The notes beneath the pieces are model-generated. The model saw nothing but the letters and a program-made list of their open reading frames with translations, searched no databases and was not told the DNA's origin. Position numbers and translations under genes: made by a program. Source: Macrostomum lignano (Eukaryota). From it: a stretch of DNA of 64,000 nt. The stretch's first letter is position 1. Every line of letters starts with the position of its first letter. Location: assembly GCA_002269645.1 (NCBI GenBank), contig NIVC01000268.1, forward strand, positions 1 through 64,000, written 5' to 3'. This document shows, piece after piece, positions 19,080 through 31,000 of this stretch.

Positions 19080-22000
19080 GTCAGTCAATCAATCAATCAA
19101 TCAATCAGTCAGTCAATCAATCAGTCAGTCAATCAATCAATCAATCAATCGATCAATCAATCGATCGATCAATTTATGAACTAATTAAAAAAGCAAGCAC
19201 AAAAACAGGCAAGAAATTCACTGCGTCACCAGATCCGTCACACTGACGCTGCCAACTCAGTCAACAAATCGACGTCGGACAGCCGGACACCGCGGCGGCG
19301 GCGGCGGCAGTAGAGTCGCTGCTGTGAAGCGTCAACTTGCGGAACGATCGAACTGGCTGTCGATAGGTCAGCACTGCGGCCATGTGCGCCTGTTTGTGCA
19401 CCACAGGAACCGGACCAGTGCGACAGTGCTGCTACCCTGCCAGCTGGACACCCCGGCCGCTAAGCTGATCGCCCAATCGCGAGCTGACAACAGCGACACC
19501 GGTGGCGCGCTGTCGGCGATCTACGTTGAAACACCAGACGGTCGGTTGCGAAGGCTTGGCGCTCAGGAGCGGCCGCTGCAACTTCAGGACAGCCTGCTGA
19601 GCCAGCTGGGACACGCTGAGACAGGGCTCAGGCAGTGGCTGGGAGCCGGTCCTGAAGTACCTCAGCTGATCAGGTTTCACGTTGGCAAACCGGCGGCATC
19701 CTCTTCGCGGACGACGGCTGCCGAGGAAGAGACGACGGCCAGAGAGATTCTTCTGGCCCGTCGGTGCGGCGGCGGTGGCGGAGGCGGAAGGTGGCGGCGG
19801 AGGCTGTGCGAATTGGAGGGCCCTGTTCTGAGGATTTTTCGCGGTGAGTTGCGCTTGTGGCGCCCCCTGGTGCTGGCGCCCCTGGTGCTGGCGCCCCTGA
19901 TGCTGGCGCCCCTGGTGCTGGCGCCCCTGGTGCTGGCGCCCCTGGTGCTGGCGCCCCTGGTGCTGGCGCCCCTGGTGCTGGCGCCTCTGGTGCTGGCGCC
20001 CCTGGTGCTGGCGCCCCTGGTGCTGGCGCCCCTGGTGCTGGCGCCCCTGGTGCTGGCGCTTATTTGGACAATTGAACAAGTTTTCTCAGATATAAAGTAA
20101 TTTAGTGCTGGCTATTGAACTTATGAAAGTGAAGGAAAGTGATCTTTAGGCATGACTATGTTGTTTTGTTGTACGGATTAAGTCAGAGTCGTCAGAAGCA
20201 TTTTTACAGTTCTATGCTTTCTCATCCTCTACTCAATCTGTGACGCACTGCCAGCGCCGCCTGGAATCCTTACATACTGCCGGCTGGCGAGTGCTCACAG
20301 CTGCTCAGACAAACTTGTTAGGGATTCTTTTCTATGTTCAGTTCAAAGCAGTAATTGAGTAGCTTAGCACTCCAGCTTTAACCATGGAGCTTCAGTTGCA
20401 ATAATCTGGATTGGAGACTTTCCAATGAATATTTTAAGTCTGCTTTTCCTTTAACCTCCTCTGTTGCTGGTGCCCCCTCTCTGTAGCTGCCCCCCTCTGT
20501 AGCTGCCCCCCTCTGTAGCTGCCCCCCTCTGTAGCTGCCCCCCTCTGTAGCTGCCCCCCTCCTCTAGCTGTAGCTGCCCCCCTCTGTAGCTAGCGCCCCT
20601 TCTCTTTATCAACTGTTACAATCAAACCGCGTATCGCACTAAGCCTTAAGAGTCTGATTGAAAGAATCCTCAAGAAACTCCAGACTGAAAGTTGGGAAGC
20701 TGTTTTCTCTAAGAAATAGAAGCCCTATTTGTTAACTGATCATTGATACATAGCATCGATACAAGTCCTTTTGCTCCGTGCAATATGAAAACCGGAAAAT
20801 AAGGTCAAATAAAAGGCAATTGTCAGTACAGTGTGTACTTTTAAAACCACAAAATTCAAAACAGACACAGAAGGCACCGCCATTAAATTGGTGATTTTTC
20901 TACCTGGCGGCCGGGTCGATACTCAGACATCATCATCGAGCAAGAAGAGCAGCGGGCATCGGAGACCACCGCACCGTCTGGATGTTCGCAGCTGCGGCGG
21001 AGATCGATCGTCGCGATCGACATGTGGCGCCCAGCTCGCCTTCAATGATGAGGCCAGCATGAGAGAGTGGCAGCAGCGATTGGAGCTGGCGAGTACTGCT
21101 TTATGAGTTTTCTTTATAAGTCTGGAGTGGTGTCTGCTTTGAGTCTGCCATGATTCTGACTTTGAGTCTGGCTTTAAGTCTGCTTTGAGTCTGCCTTGAG
21201 TCTGCTTTGAGTCTGCCATGATTCTGCTTTAAGTGGCTTTGAGTCTGGCTTTAAGTCTGCTTTGAGTCTGCTTTGAGTCTGCTTTGAGTCTGCTTTGAGT
21301 CTGCTTTGAATCTGCTTTGAGTCTGGCTTTGAGTCTGCCTTGATTCTGCTTTGAGTTTGCTTTAAGTCTGGCTTTGGTCTGCCTTGACATGATTCTGCTT
21401 TGAGTCTGCTTTCAGTCTGACTTGATTCTGCTTTGACCCTGGCTTTAAGTCTGGCTTTAAGTCTGATTTGAGTCTGCTTTGAGTGTGCTTTGAGTCTGCT
21501 TTGAGTCTACTTTGAATCTACTTTAAGTCTGGCTTTGGTCTGCCTTGAAATTATTCTGCTTTGAGTCTGCTTTTAGTCTGTCTTGATTCTGCTTTGAGCC
21601 TGGTTTTGAGTCTGATTTGAGTTTTTTTTATTAGAGGCAGGGGGGTTGTGTGCACCCTGGCGCAAATTAAGCGTCATTGGCACACAACCGGCGAGAGGCA
21701 TTACTGCCCATTCCGCCGACTCCCCTGAGCAGGCATACAAGCGCGCGGATACGTTACGCAGGCACACACTCACACAGGAGTGTACAGCGGCCCTAACTTT
21801 ATCAATTGTTAGGCATGTACACTTCACTGCGCCTTGGGGGGGTTGGCTCTCAAGGCCGTTAATTGCACAAGCGAGCCAAGCCAAGATTCTAATCCAGCGC
21901 GCCCCAAATTAATGTGGCTGCACTTGGAATCGAGCCTGGGTCGGGGCACACCAGAGCAGCTGGGCTACGGCCCCCCCTTTGAGTTTGGATTTGAGTCTGC

Positions 22001-25000
22001 TTTGAGTCTGCGTTGAGTTTCTTTTGAGTATATCTTTGAGTCTGCTTTAAGTGTGGCTTAGAGTCTGGTTTAGAGTCTGATTTGAGTATCCGTAGAGTAT
22101 GGCTTTGAGTCTGCTTTGACTCAACTTAAGCCTATAATTTATACCCTGATTAAACTAACTGTCCCTCTGTGCGCATGCATTTAAATTGCTAAGGGTAGCG
22201 CGGGTTGGATAGGGGAGATGGAGCGTGGGCGGCCAATAACCAGCACTACTTAGCCCTTCAGTTTTCTGCTTCTTGGATAACTCTAATAAGACAGTCATAA
22301 AATCAGATTACATTATCCGAATTTGGAAGCCTGCAAAATCCTGCGCTGACCTGTGTAGGATTAGCGGTGAAATTTTGCCTTGAGTAATTAACTTTGGAAA
22401 TTTTATCAGGCTTCAGGCATCTCAGCATTCTAATCTTTGAAATATTTGAGACATTACAGGGCCATCAGTAAATTGAGATACACGTAGCGATATGGAAAAT
22501 ATATTCAGTTTTTTTTATTAACAGCCTTTAAGTGCACTTTTAGATTGGCGAGAAAATTTAATCAACCGATAAGGAAGTTTTAATGGCCTATATACAGATG
22601 AGACGATAGGAGAACCGGGTAATAAACAGCCCCCCAGAATAGCCGCAGTGGGTAATAAACAGCCCCCAGAATAACCGCAGTGGGTAATAAACAGCCCCTC
22701 AGAATAACCGCAGTGGGTAATAAACAGCCCCCAGAATAACCACAGTGGGTAATAAACAACCCCCCAGAATAACCGCAGTGGGTAATAAACAGCCCCCAAA
22801 ATAACCGCAGTGAGTAATAAACAGCCCCCAGAATAACCACAGTGGGTAATAAACAGCCCCCCAGAATAACCGCAGTGGGTAATAAACAGCCCCTCAGAAT
22901 AACCGCAGTGAGTAATAAACAGCCCCCCAGAATAACCGCAGTGGGTAATAAACAACCCCCCAGAATAACCGCAGTGGGTAATAAACAGCCCCCTAATATC
23001 CACAGTGGGTAATAAACAGCCCCCCCAGAATAACCGCAGTGGGTAATAAACAGCCCCCCCCCAGAATAACCGCAATGGTAATAAACAGCCCCCCCAGAAT
23101 AACCGCAGTGGGTAATAAACAGCCCCCAAAATAACCGCAGTGGGTAATAAACAGCCCCCAAAATAACCGCAGTGGGTAATAAACAGCCCCCAGAATAACC
23201 ACAGTGGGTAATAAACAACCCCCCAGAATAACCGCAGTGGGTAATAAACAGCCCCCAAAATAACCGCAGTGAGTAATAAACAGCCCCCAGAATAACCACA
23301 GTGGGTAATAAACAGCCCCCCAGAATAACCGCAGTGGGTAATAAACAGCCCCTCAGAATAACCGCAGTGAGTAATAAACAGCCCCCCAGAATAACCGCAG
23401 TGGGTAATAAACAACCCCCCAGAATAACCGCAGTGGGTAATAAACAGCCCCCTAATATCCACAGTGGGTAATAAACAGCCCCCCCCAGAATAACCGCAGT
23501 GGGTAATAAACAGCCCCCCCCAGAATAACCGCAATGGTAATAAACAGCCCCCCCCAGAATAACCGCAGTGGGTAATAAACAGCCCCCAAAATAACCGCAG
23601 TGGGTAATAAACAGCCCCCAAAATAACCGCAGTGGGTAATAAACAGCCCCCAGAATAACCACAGTGGGTAATAAACAGCCCCCCAGAATAACCGCAGTGG
23701 GTAATAAACAGCCCCCCAGAATAACCGCAGTGAGTAATAAACAGCCCCCTAATATCCACAGTGGGTAATAAACAGCCCCCCAGAATAACCGCAGTGGGTA
23801 ATAAACAGCCCCCCAGAATAACCGCAATGGTAATAAACAGCCCCCCCAGAATAACCGCAGTGGGTAATAAACAACCCCCCAGAATAACCGCAGTGGGTAA
23901 TAAACAGCCCCCTAATATCCACAGTGGGTAATAAACAGCCCCCCCAGAATAACCGCAGTGGGTAATAAACAGCCCCCTAATATCCACAGTGGGTAATAAA
24001 CAGCCCCCCCCAGAATAACCGCAGTGGGTAATAAACAGCCCTCAAGAATAACCGCAGTGGGTAATAAACAGCCCCCAAGAATAACCGCAGTGGGTAATAA
24101 ACAGCCCTCAAGAATAACCGCAGTGGGTAATAAACAGCCCCCCCAGAATAACCGCAGTGGGTAATAAACAGCCCCCCCAGAATAACCGCAGTGGGTAATA
24201 AACAGCCCCCCCAGAATAACCGCAGTGGGTAATAAACAGCTCTCCACAGTTAACAGCCTCAGCGATTTACTTAGCAACAAAAACTGCCCCACCCCAGGCT
24301 ATCAGCCAGCCTGTGGACAAGGCGGACCTGTCCAATCGGCAGCTGAATCTGATGCCGGAGTCCGTGTTTCACCTGGGCGACCGCCTACTGAGCCTCAATC
24401 TCAGGCGCAACTGTTTACAGTCATCAAAAATGACGCCAGATTCTTCAGCTTCACAGCGGGGAGACAGATTGTCTGGCCACCTGGAGGACATTCAAATGTG
24501 AGTCACATTTAAAAAAATCCTGACTCACTATCCCTGGCCCTAACTCTGCTTTATAAGTACCTTATCTATTTTTCAGATTCCGAAATTTAACTAGTCTGGA
24601 TTTGTCCGAGAACTTTCTAACCACTTTGCCCGCGTGCCTGTGCCGGCTGCGCTCTTTAACTGAGCTAAATATAGCAGCCAATCAGATTGCGGCGCTGCCT
24701 AACGAGATTTCCAATCTGATAAAGTAAGCGACTATAAAATTATCCTAATTATTATTTCAAGATTAAAGTCAGTACCTCTTCACTCAAGGTCAGATTGTGT
24801 CGAACTAGGTTGTCAGTAGTATCGAAGGACATTTATAGCTTCAGCAGTGTCAAACTATAAGTGTCAGTAAGTGTGAAAATAAGTATCAGTGGTGTCAAAA
24901 TATAAGTGTCAGCAGTGCCAAACTATAAGTGTCAGCAGTGTCAAACTATAAGTGTCAGTAAGTGTCAAACTGTAAGTGTCAGTAAGTGTCAAACTATTAG

Positions 25001-28000
25001 TGTCAGCAGTGTCAAACTATAATTGCGTCAGCAGAGTCAAACTATAAGTGTCAGCAGTGTCAAACTATAAGTGTCAGCAATGTCAAACTATAAGTGTCAG
25101 TAAGTGTCAAACTATAAGTGTCAGCAATGTCAAACTATAAGTGTCAGTAAGTGTCAGCAGTGTCAAACTATAAGTGTCAGCAGTGTCAAATATAAGTGTC
25201 AGTAAGTGTCAAAATATAGTGTCAGCAGTGTCAAACTATAAGTGTCAGCAGTGTCAAACTATAAGTGTCAGTAAGTGTCAAAATATGAGTGTCAGCAGTG
25301 TCAAACTATAAGTGTCAGCAGTGTCAAACTATAAGTGTCAGTAAGTGTCAAAATATGAGTGTCAGCAGTGTCAAACTATAAGTGTCAGCAGTGTCAAACT
25401 ATAAGTGTCAGCAGTGTCAAACTATAAGTGTCAGCAGTGTCAAACTATAAGTGTCAGCAGTGTCAAACTATAAGTGTCAGCAGAGTCAAACACTGCCAAA
25501 GTGCAAGCAATAAAATCTGTATCTAGGTGCATAAAACTCCCACTGAACCGCTCAGACTTCGGAGCCTCTACCTGTACAACAATCGACTCACGGAGCTGCC
25601 AGACTCGATGACGTCACTCGCTCAACTGTCCATGCTGCTGATCGCTTTTAATCGGTTCGAAGAATTGCCTCCCGTATTAGCCTGTCTGCCTAGCAACAGT
25701 GACGTCATTTTGCCTGGCAACCAGCTCAGTAGCATCCCGGATGCTCTGGCTCAACGCCTGGACGCTGGAGGGATTAAACGAATTAATTTGCGTTTTAATC
25801 GGCTGGTTGCGATTGACAGTGGGATCAGTTTGGGACTGGCTGGACTCACGCACCTTGTGTACCTGGATCTCAGGGATAATCTGGTGAGCTTTAGTTATTG
25901 GGATTTGAGATTTGATTAGACAGGGGTTAGATTAGATCATGGTAGATTAGATAATGTTAGATTAGATTGGGTGTCGGTACATTAGATTTGGCTATATTAG
26001 ATTTTGTTATATTAAATTGGATTATATTAGATTATGTTAAGATTAGATTTAGTTAGATTAGATTTGATTATATTAGACTTGGTTAGATTAGATTGGGTGA
26101 GATTAGAATCGGTTAAATTAGATTTGTTTAAATTAGATTCGGTTATATTAAGATTGGAGGGAGAGATTAGACTTGATTCGATTAGATTGGGTTAGATTAG
26201 ATTGGGTGAAATTAGATTCGGTTAAATTAGATTGTGTCAGATTAGATTGTGTCAGATTAGATTGTGTCAGATTAGATTGTGTCAGATTAGATTGTGTCAG
26301 ATTAGATTGTGTCAGATTAGATTGTGTCAGATTAGATTGTGTCAGATTAGATTGTGTCAGATTAGATTGTGTCAGATTAGATTGTGTCAGATTAGATTGT
26401 GTCAGCTTAGATTGTGTCAGATTAGATTGTGTCAGATTAGATTGTGTTAGTCTAGATTTTGAGGCTAAAAATTTATAAAACTACATCTGCTACGTAGTAC
26501 ATTGCTGTCAGTTAAAAATACGAAATTTCCTTTGGCTTAGCTGTAAGCACAGAAACTCATTTGCTTTTCGCAAACTATTCAAAGGAACAAAAACCTTTTT
26601 GAAGTGAAAAATAATGTGCGAGCGCGTAAATATAGTAAAATAGATATTATTAACTTTCTTTGTCGAAGCTCTTCTTCGTTGATGAAAATTCAGGAATTCA
26701 CAAGAAAATACTCATATATAGTGTGCTAAATTTAACTGGATACAGAGACAAGAATTTTAGATTTTTTCAGAAAACAGTTCAAAAGAATTTTCCAAAGTCA
26801 GCTTAGATTTTTTAGCCAACCTCCCCCCCCCCTGTCCGCTATATTTACCAGATCGAGACGCTGGATTTGCAGCCGCTGTCCCATCTGGAATTCCTGTCCT
26901 GTGACAGGAACAGGCTTGCAGACATTTTCGTCAACGGAACGGCACTGAGAACTCTGTTATTGGTTGAAAATAGTGAGTTTTGAGTACTTTCTGTTTAGTG
27001 CGAGCTATGAACTATATTTTATCCTTTATAGACTATTTTAACTCAATGATATATTTTGACTAAAACGCTACTACGCTCGTATTTTTTATAAGCCATACTT
27101 AATTACACTATTGTTGCTTACATTTTACGATTCAATACACTTAGAAAGAAAGAGACTGGCTTTCCTCAAGGTCACTGGAGAGAGACTCGCTTTCCCCAAT
27201 TATTGGAGAAAAACAGGCTTTCCCTTAAGGTCACTGGAGAGAGACTGCCTTTCTTCAAGGTCACTGGAGAGAAACTGGCTTTCCTCAAGGTCACTGGAGA
27301 GAAACTGGCTTTCCTCAAGGTCACTGGAGAGAAACTGGCTATCCCCAAGGTCACTGGAGAAAAACTGGCTCTCCTCAAGGTCACTTGAGAGAAACTGGCT
27401 TTCCTCAAGGTCACTGGAGAGAAACTGGCTTTCCTCAAGGTCACTGGAGAGAAACTGGCTTTCCTCAAGGTCACTGGAGAGAAACTGGCTCTCTTCAATG
27501 TCACTGGATCGAGAGACTCGCTTTCCGCAAGATTACTCGAGAGACTCGCTTTCCTCAAGGTCACTAAAGAGAGACTGTCTTTCCTTAAGGTCACTGGAGA
27601 GAGACTCGCTTTCCGCAAGGTTACTGAAGAGAAACTTGCTTTTCTCAAGGTCACTGGACAAAAATAGGCTTTTATTCATATCAAAGTCACTAAAGAGATA
27701 CTGCCTTCCTTAAGGTCACTGGAAAGGAATTCGCTTACCTCAAGGTCACTAAACAGAGACTGCCTTTCCTCAAGGTCACTAGAGAGAAACTGGATTTCCC
27801 CAAAGCTGATCGACAATTTCCAAAGAACCTCCCCAAGCCAATGTCTCGATCCCCGCCAACGCAGAGCTGCAAAGCCTAAAAATATCGCCGCCACCGAAGC
27901 GTCTCGAATGCCTCGACGTCAGTGACAACCGCCTTGACAGCCTGCCCGACTGTTTGTGGCCGTCTGGCCGAGCCAGCCTCCTCCGACTGCACGCCGGCGG

Positions 28001-31000
28001 CAATGAAATTCGCCGACTGCCAGCCGACATCTGGCGCTGCGTCAAGTTGCAGAGCCTCCGTCTGGAGCGAAACCGAATAGCCGAGCTGCCAGCTGCGCCA
28101 GCCGAGGCTGCCAACGGTCTGACTGAGCTGCTAGAGCTCTGTCTCCATAGCAACCAGTTAACTAGGCTACCAGCGGCTCTGTTCCACCTGACGCCAGCTC
28201 TAGTTGAGTTGAATTTAGCCAACAATCAGCTCGTTGAGTTGCCAAAACTGCCGCTTAGGAATTCCGGCAATCGACTTCAAGTCCTGACGGCTTCGTTCAA
28301 CCAATTCAGCGATGCAGATGTCAGCTTCCTTGCGGAGAACTTTGGGAGCAGCCTGCGGACTCTGCTGCTAGCGTTTAACCGGCTCACGGAGATTAACGAC
28401 GAGTGAGTCTGGGCTTCTTTTGAGTACATTGTGTGCCGCAGGATTCGAATTGTGTTTGAGGGGAATTAGAATGGTATTTGAGGGGGAATTAGAAGGGTGT
28501 TTGAGGGGAATTAGAATGGTGTTTGAGGGGGATTATATTGCTGTTTGAGGGAGAATGAGAATCGTGTTTGAGGGCAATTAGAATGGTAAGTTGAGGGGAA
28601 TTAGAATGCTGTTTGAGGAGAATTATAATGATTTGAGGGGAATTAGAATGTTGTTTGAGGGGAATTAGAATGCTGTTTGAGGAGAATTATAATGGTATTT
28701 AAGGGGAATTAGAACGCTGTTTGAGGGGAATTAGAATGGTGTTTGAGGAGAATTATAATGGTCTCATTTGAGGGGAATTAGAATGTTTTTGAGGGGAATT
28801 AGAATGGTATTTGAAGGGAATTAGAATGTTTTTTGAGGGGAATTAGAATGGTATTTGAAGGGAATTAGAATGTTGTTTGAGGGGAATTAGAATGGTATTT
28901 GAAGGGAATTAGAATGTTGTTTGAGGGGAATTAGAATGGTATTTGAAGGGAATTAGAATGTTGTTTGAGGGGAATTAGAATGGTATATGAAGGCAATTGG
29001 AATGGTATTTGAAGGGAATTAAACTGGTACTTGAGGAGAATAAGAATTGTATGTGAGGTGAATTAAAATTGGTGTTTGAGAGGAATTAGAATGGTGTTGG
29101 AGAGGAATTAGAATAGAGTTTGAGGCGAATTAAAATAGTATTTGAGGGGAATAAGACTGATGTTTGAGAGAAAATTTTAATTTTACTTGATGGGAATTAG
29201 AAGGGTGTTAAAAAGAATTGCCCCGATGAACTTTGAGCGCGTAATGTCTCATAAAAAGAAGCACCCAAAGCAAGTTCTGTTCTTGTTCTTGTCAGAATTT
29301 TTTATTAACTTCGCTCACAGTGCATGTACTTGCCACGAAATAAAAGCATTCAAACGTACCCCATCATCAAAGAACAATGCTTCAGTTTTGCGAGCTTCGC
29401 GAATTGAACATATCCGGCAACCAGCTGAAGACGCTGCCATCGACTTTGTCTCGTCTCGAACGCCTGGTTACGATCAGGGCTCACTCCAACTGCCTGCAGC
29501 GACTGCCGGACCTCAGCGACTCGCCCAGACTGCGAACTCTTGACGTTGGCTGCAATTCAACACTGAGCGGATCTGTGCGCAATCTGATGGAATCCAGGCT
29601 CAGCTTCTTGGACCTCTCCTGCAACCAGCAGATGGGCATGTCTATGCAGGACCTGGCTTCCGTGAGGTGGGAAACTGTGGTTGGACCTGTGTCTGACCGG
29701 TGATTCCCATGTCTAATCGGAGATTCCCGTGTCTGACCGGTGATTCCCTGTCTAACCGGTGATTCTCTGTCTAACCGGTGATTCCCTGTCTAACCGGTGA
29801 TTCCCTGTCTAACCGGTGATTCCCTGTCTAATCGAGGATTCCATGTTTGAAACCGGTGATTCCCTGTCTAACCGATAATTCCCTGTCTAACCAGTGATTC
29901 CATGTTTGAAACCGGTGATTCCCTGTCTAATCGAGGATTCCATGTTTGAAACCGGTGATTCCCTGTCTAACCGATAATTCCCTGTCTAACCGGTGATTCC
30001 ATGTTTGAAACCGGTGATTCCTTGTCTAATCGGAGATTCCCGTGTCTAACCGGTGATTCCCTGTCTAACCGGTGATTCCCTGTCTAACCGGTGATTCCCT
30101 GTCTAACCGGTGATTCCCTGTCTAACCGGTGATTCCCTGTCTAACCGGTGATTCCCTGTCTAATCGAGGATTCCATGTTTGAAACCGGTGATTCCCTGTC
30201 TAACCGATAATTCCCTGTCTAACCGGTGATTCCATGTTTGAAACCGGTGATTCCCTGTCTAATCGAGGATTCCATGTTTGAAACCGGTGATTCCCTGTCT
30301 AACCGATAATTCCCTGTCTAACCGGTGATTCCATGTTTGAAACCGGTGATTCCTTGTCTAATCGGTGATTCCCTGTCTAACTGGTGATTCCCTGTCTAAC
30401 CGGTGATTCCTTGCCTAATCGGTGATTCCCTGTCTAACTGGTGATTCCCTGTCTAATCGGTGATTCCCTGTCTAACTGGTGATTCCCTGTCTGACCGGTG
30501 ATTCCCTGTCTAACCGGTGATTCCTTGTCTAATCGGTGATTCCCTGTCTAACTGGTGATTCCCTGTCTAACCAATGATTACCCTGTCTAACCAATAATTA
30601 CCCTGTCTAACCAATGATTACGCTGTCTAACCAATAATTACGCTGTCTAACCAATGATTACGCTGTCTAACCAATGATTACGCTGTCTAACCAATGATCC
30701 CCTGTCTAACCGGTGATTCGATATCTAACCGGTGATTCCCTGTCTAACACACCAATATGCGTGACGTCAAGCAAACCGGGGCCTATAACTCGAAACAGCA
30801 GATAATCAAGCAGATGTCAGAATTATTAAAAATGCAATTATTTTCGTTCTCCAGCAAAGAAAGAAGTCTACGATCGACATATCACACAGAGAGAAAAATC
30901 CATCAAATCATTCGAATCCTTCAATAAATCCAACATCCTTCATTTCCTTTTAACTTCATTCGCATAATACCTATTTAGGTAAATTATGATCCAGATTTCC

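Noticed and set aside
22518-23987. 489-aa and 415-aa ORFs on the minus strand
   Set aside because: Translations of a 31-33-bp minisatellite inside a PHLPP intron; no non-repeat coding signal.
29690-30748. CRISPR-like appearance of this and other short-unit arrays
   Set aside because: Units are adjacent with no unique spacers, no cas genes, eukaryotic intronic context.
30748-30980. IIKQMSELLKMQL..ERKI as the missing PP2C exon
   Set aside because: Weak resemblance, no GxFDG motif, in-frame stop before any usable donor.
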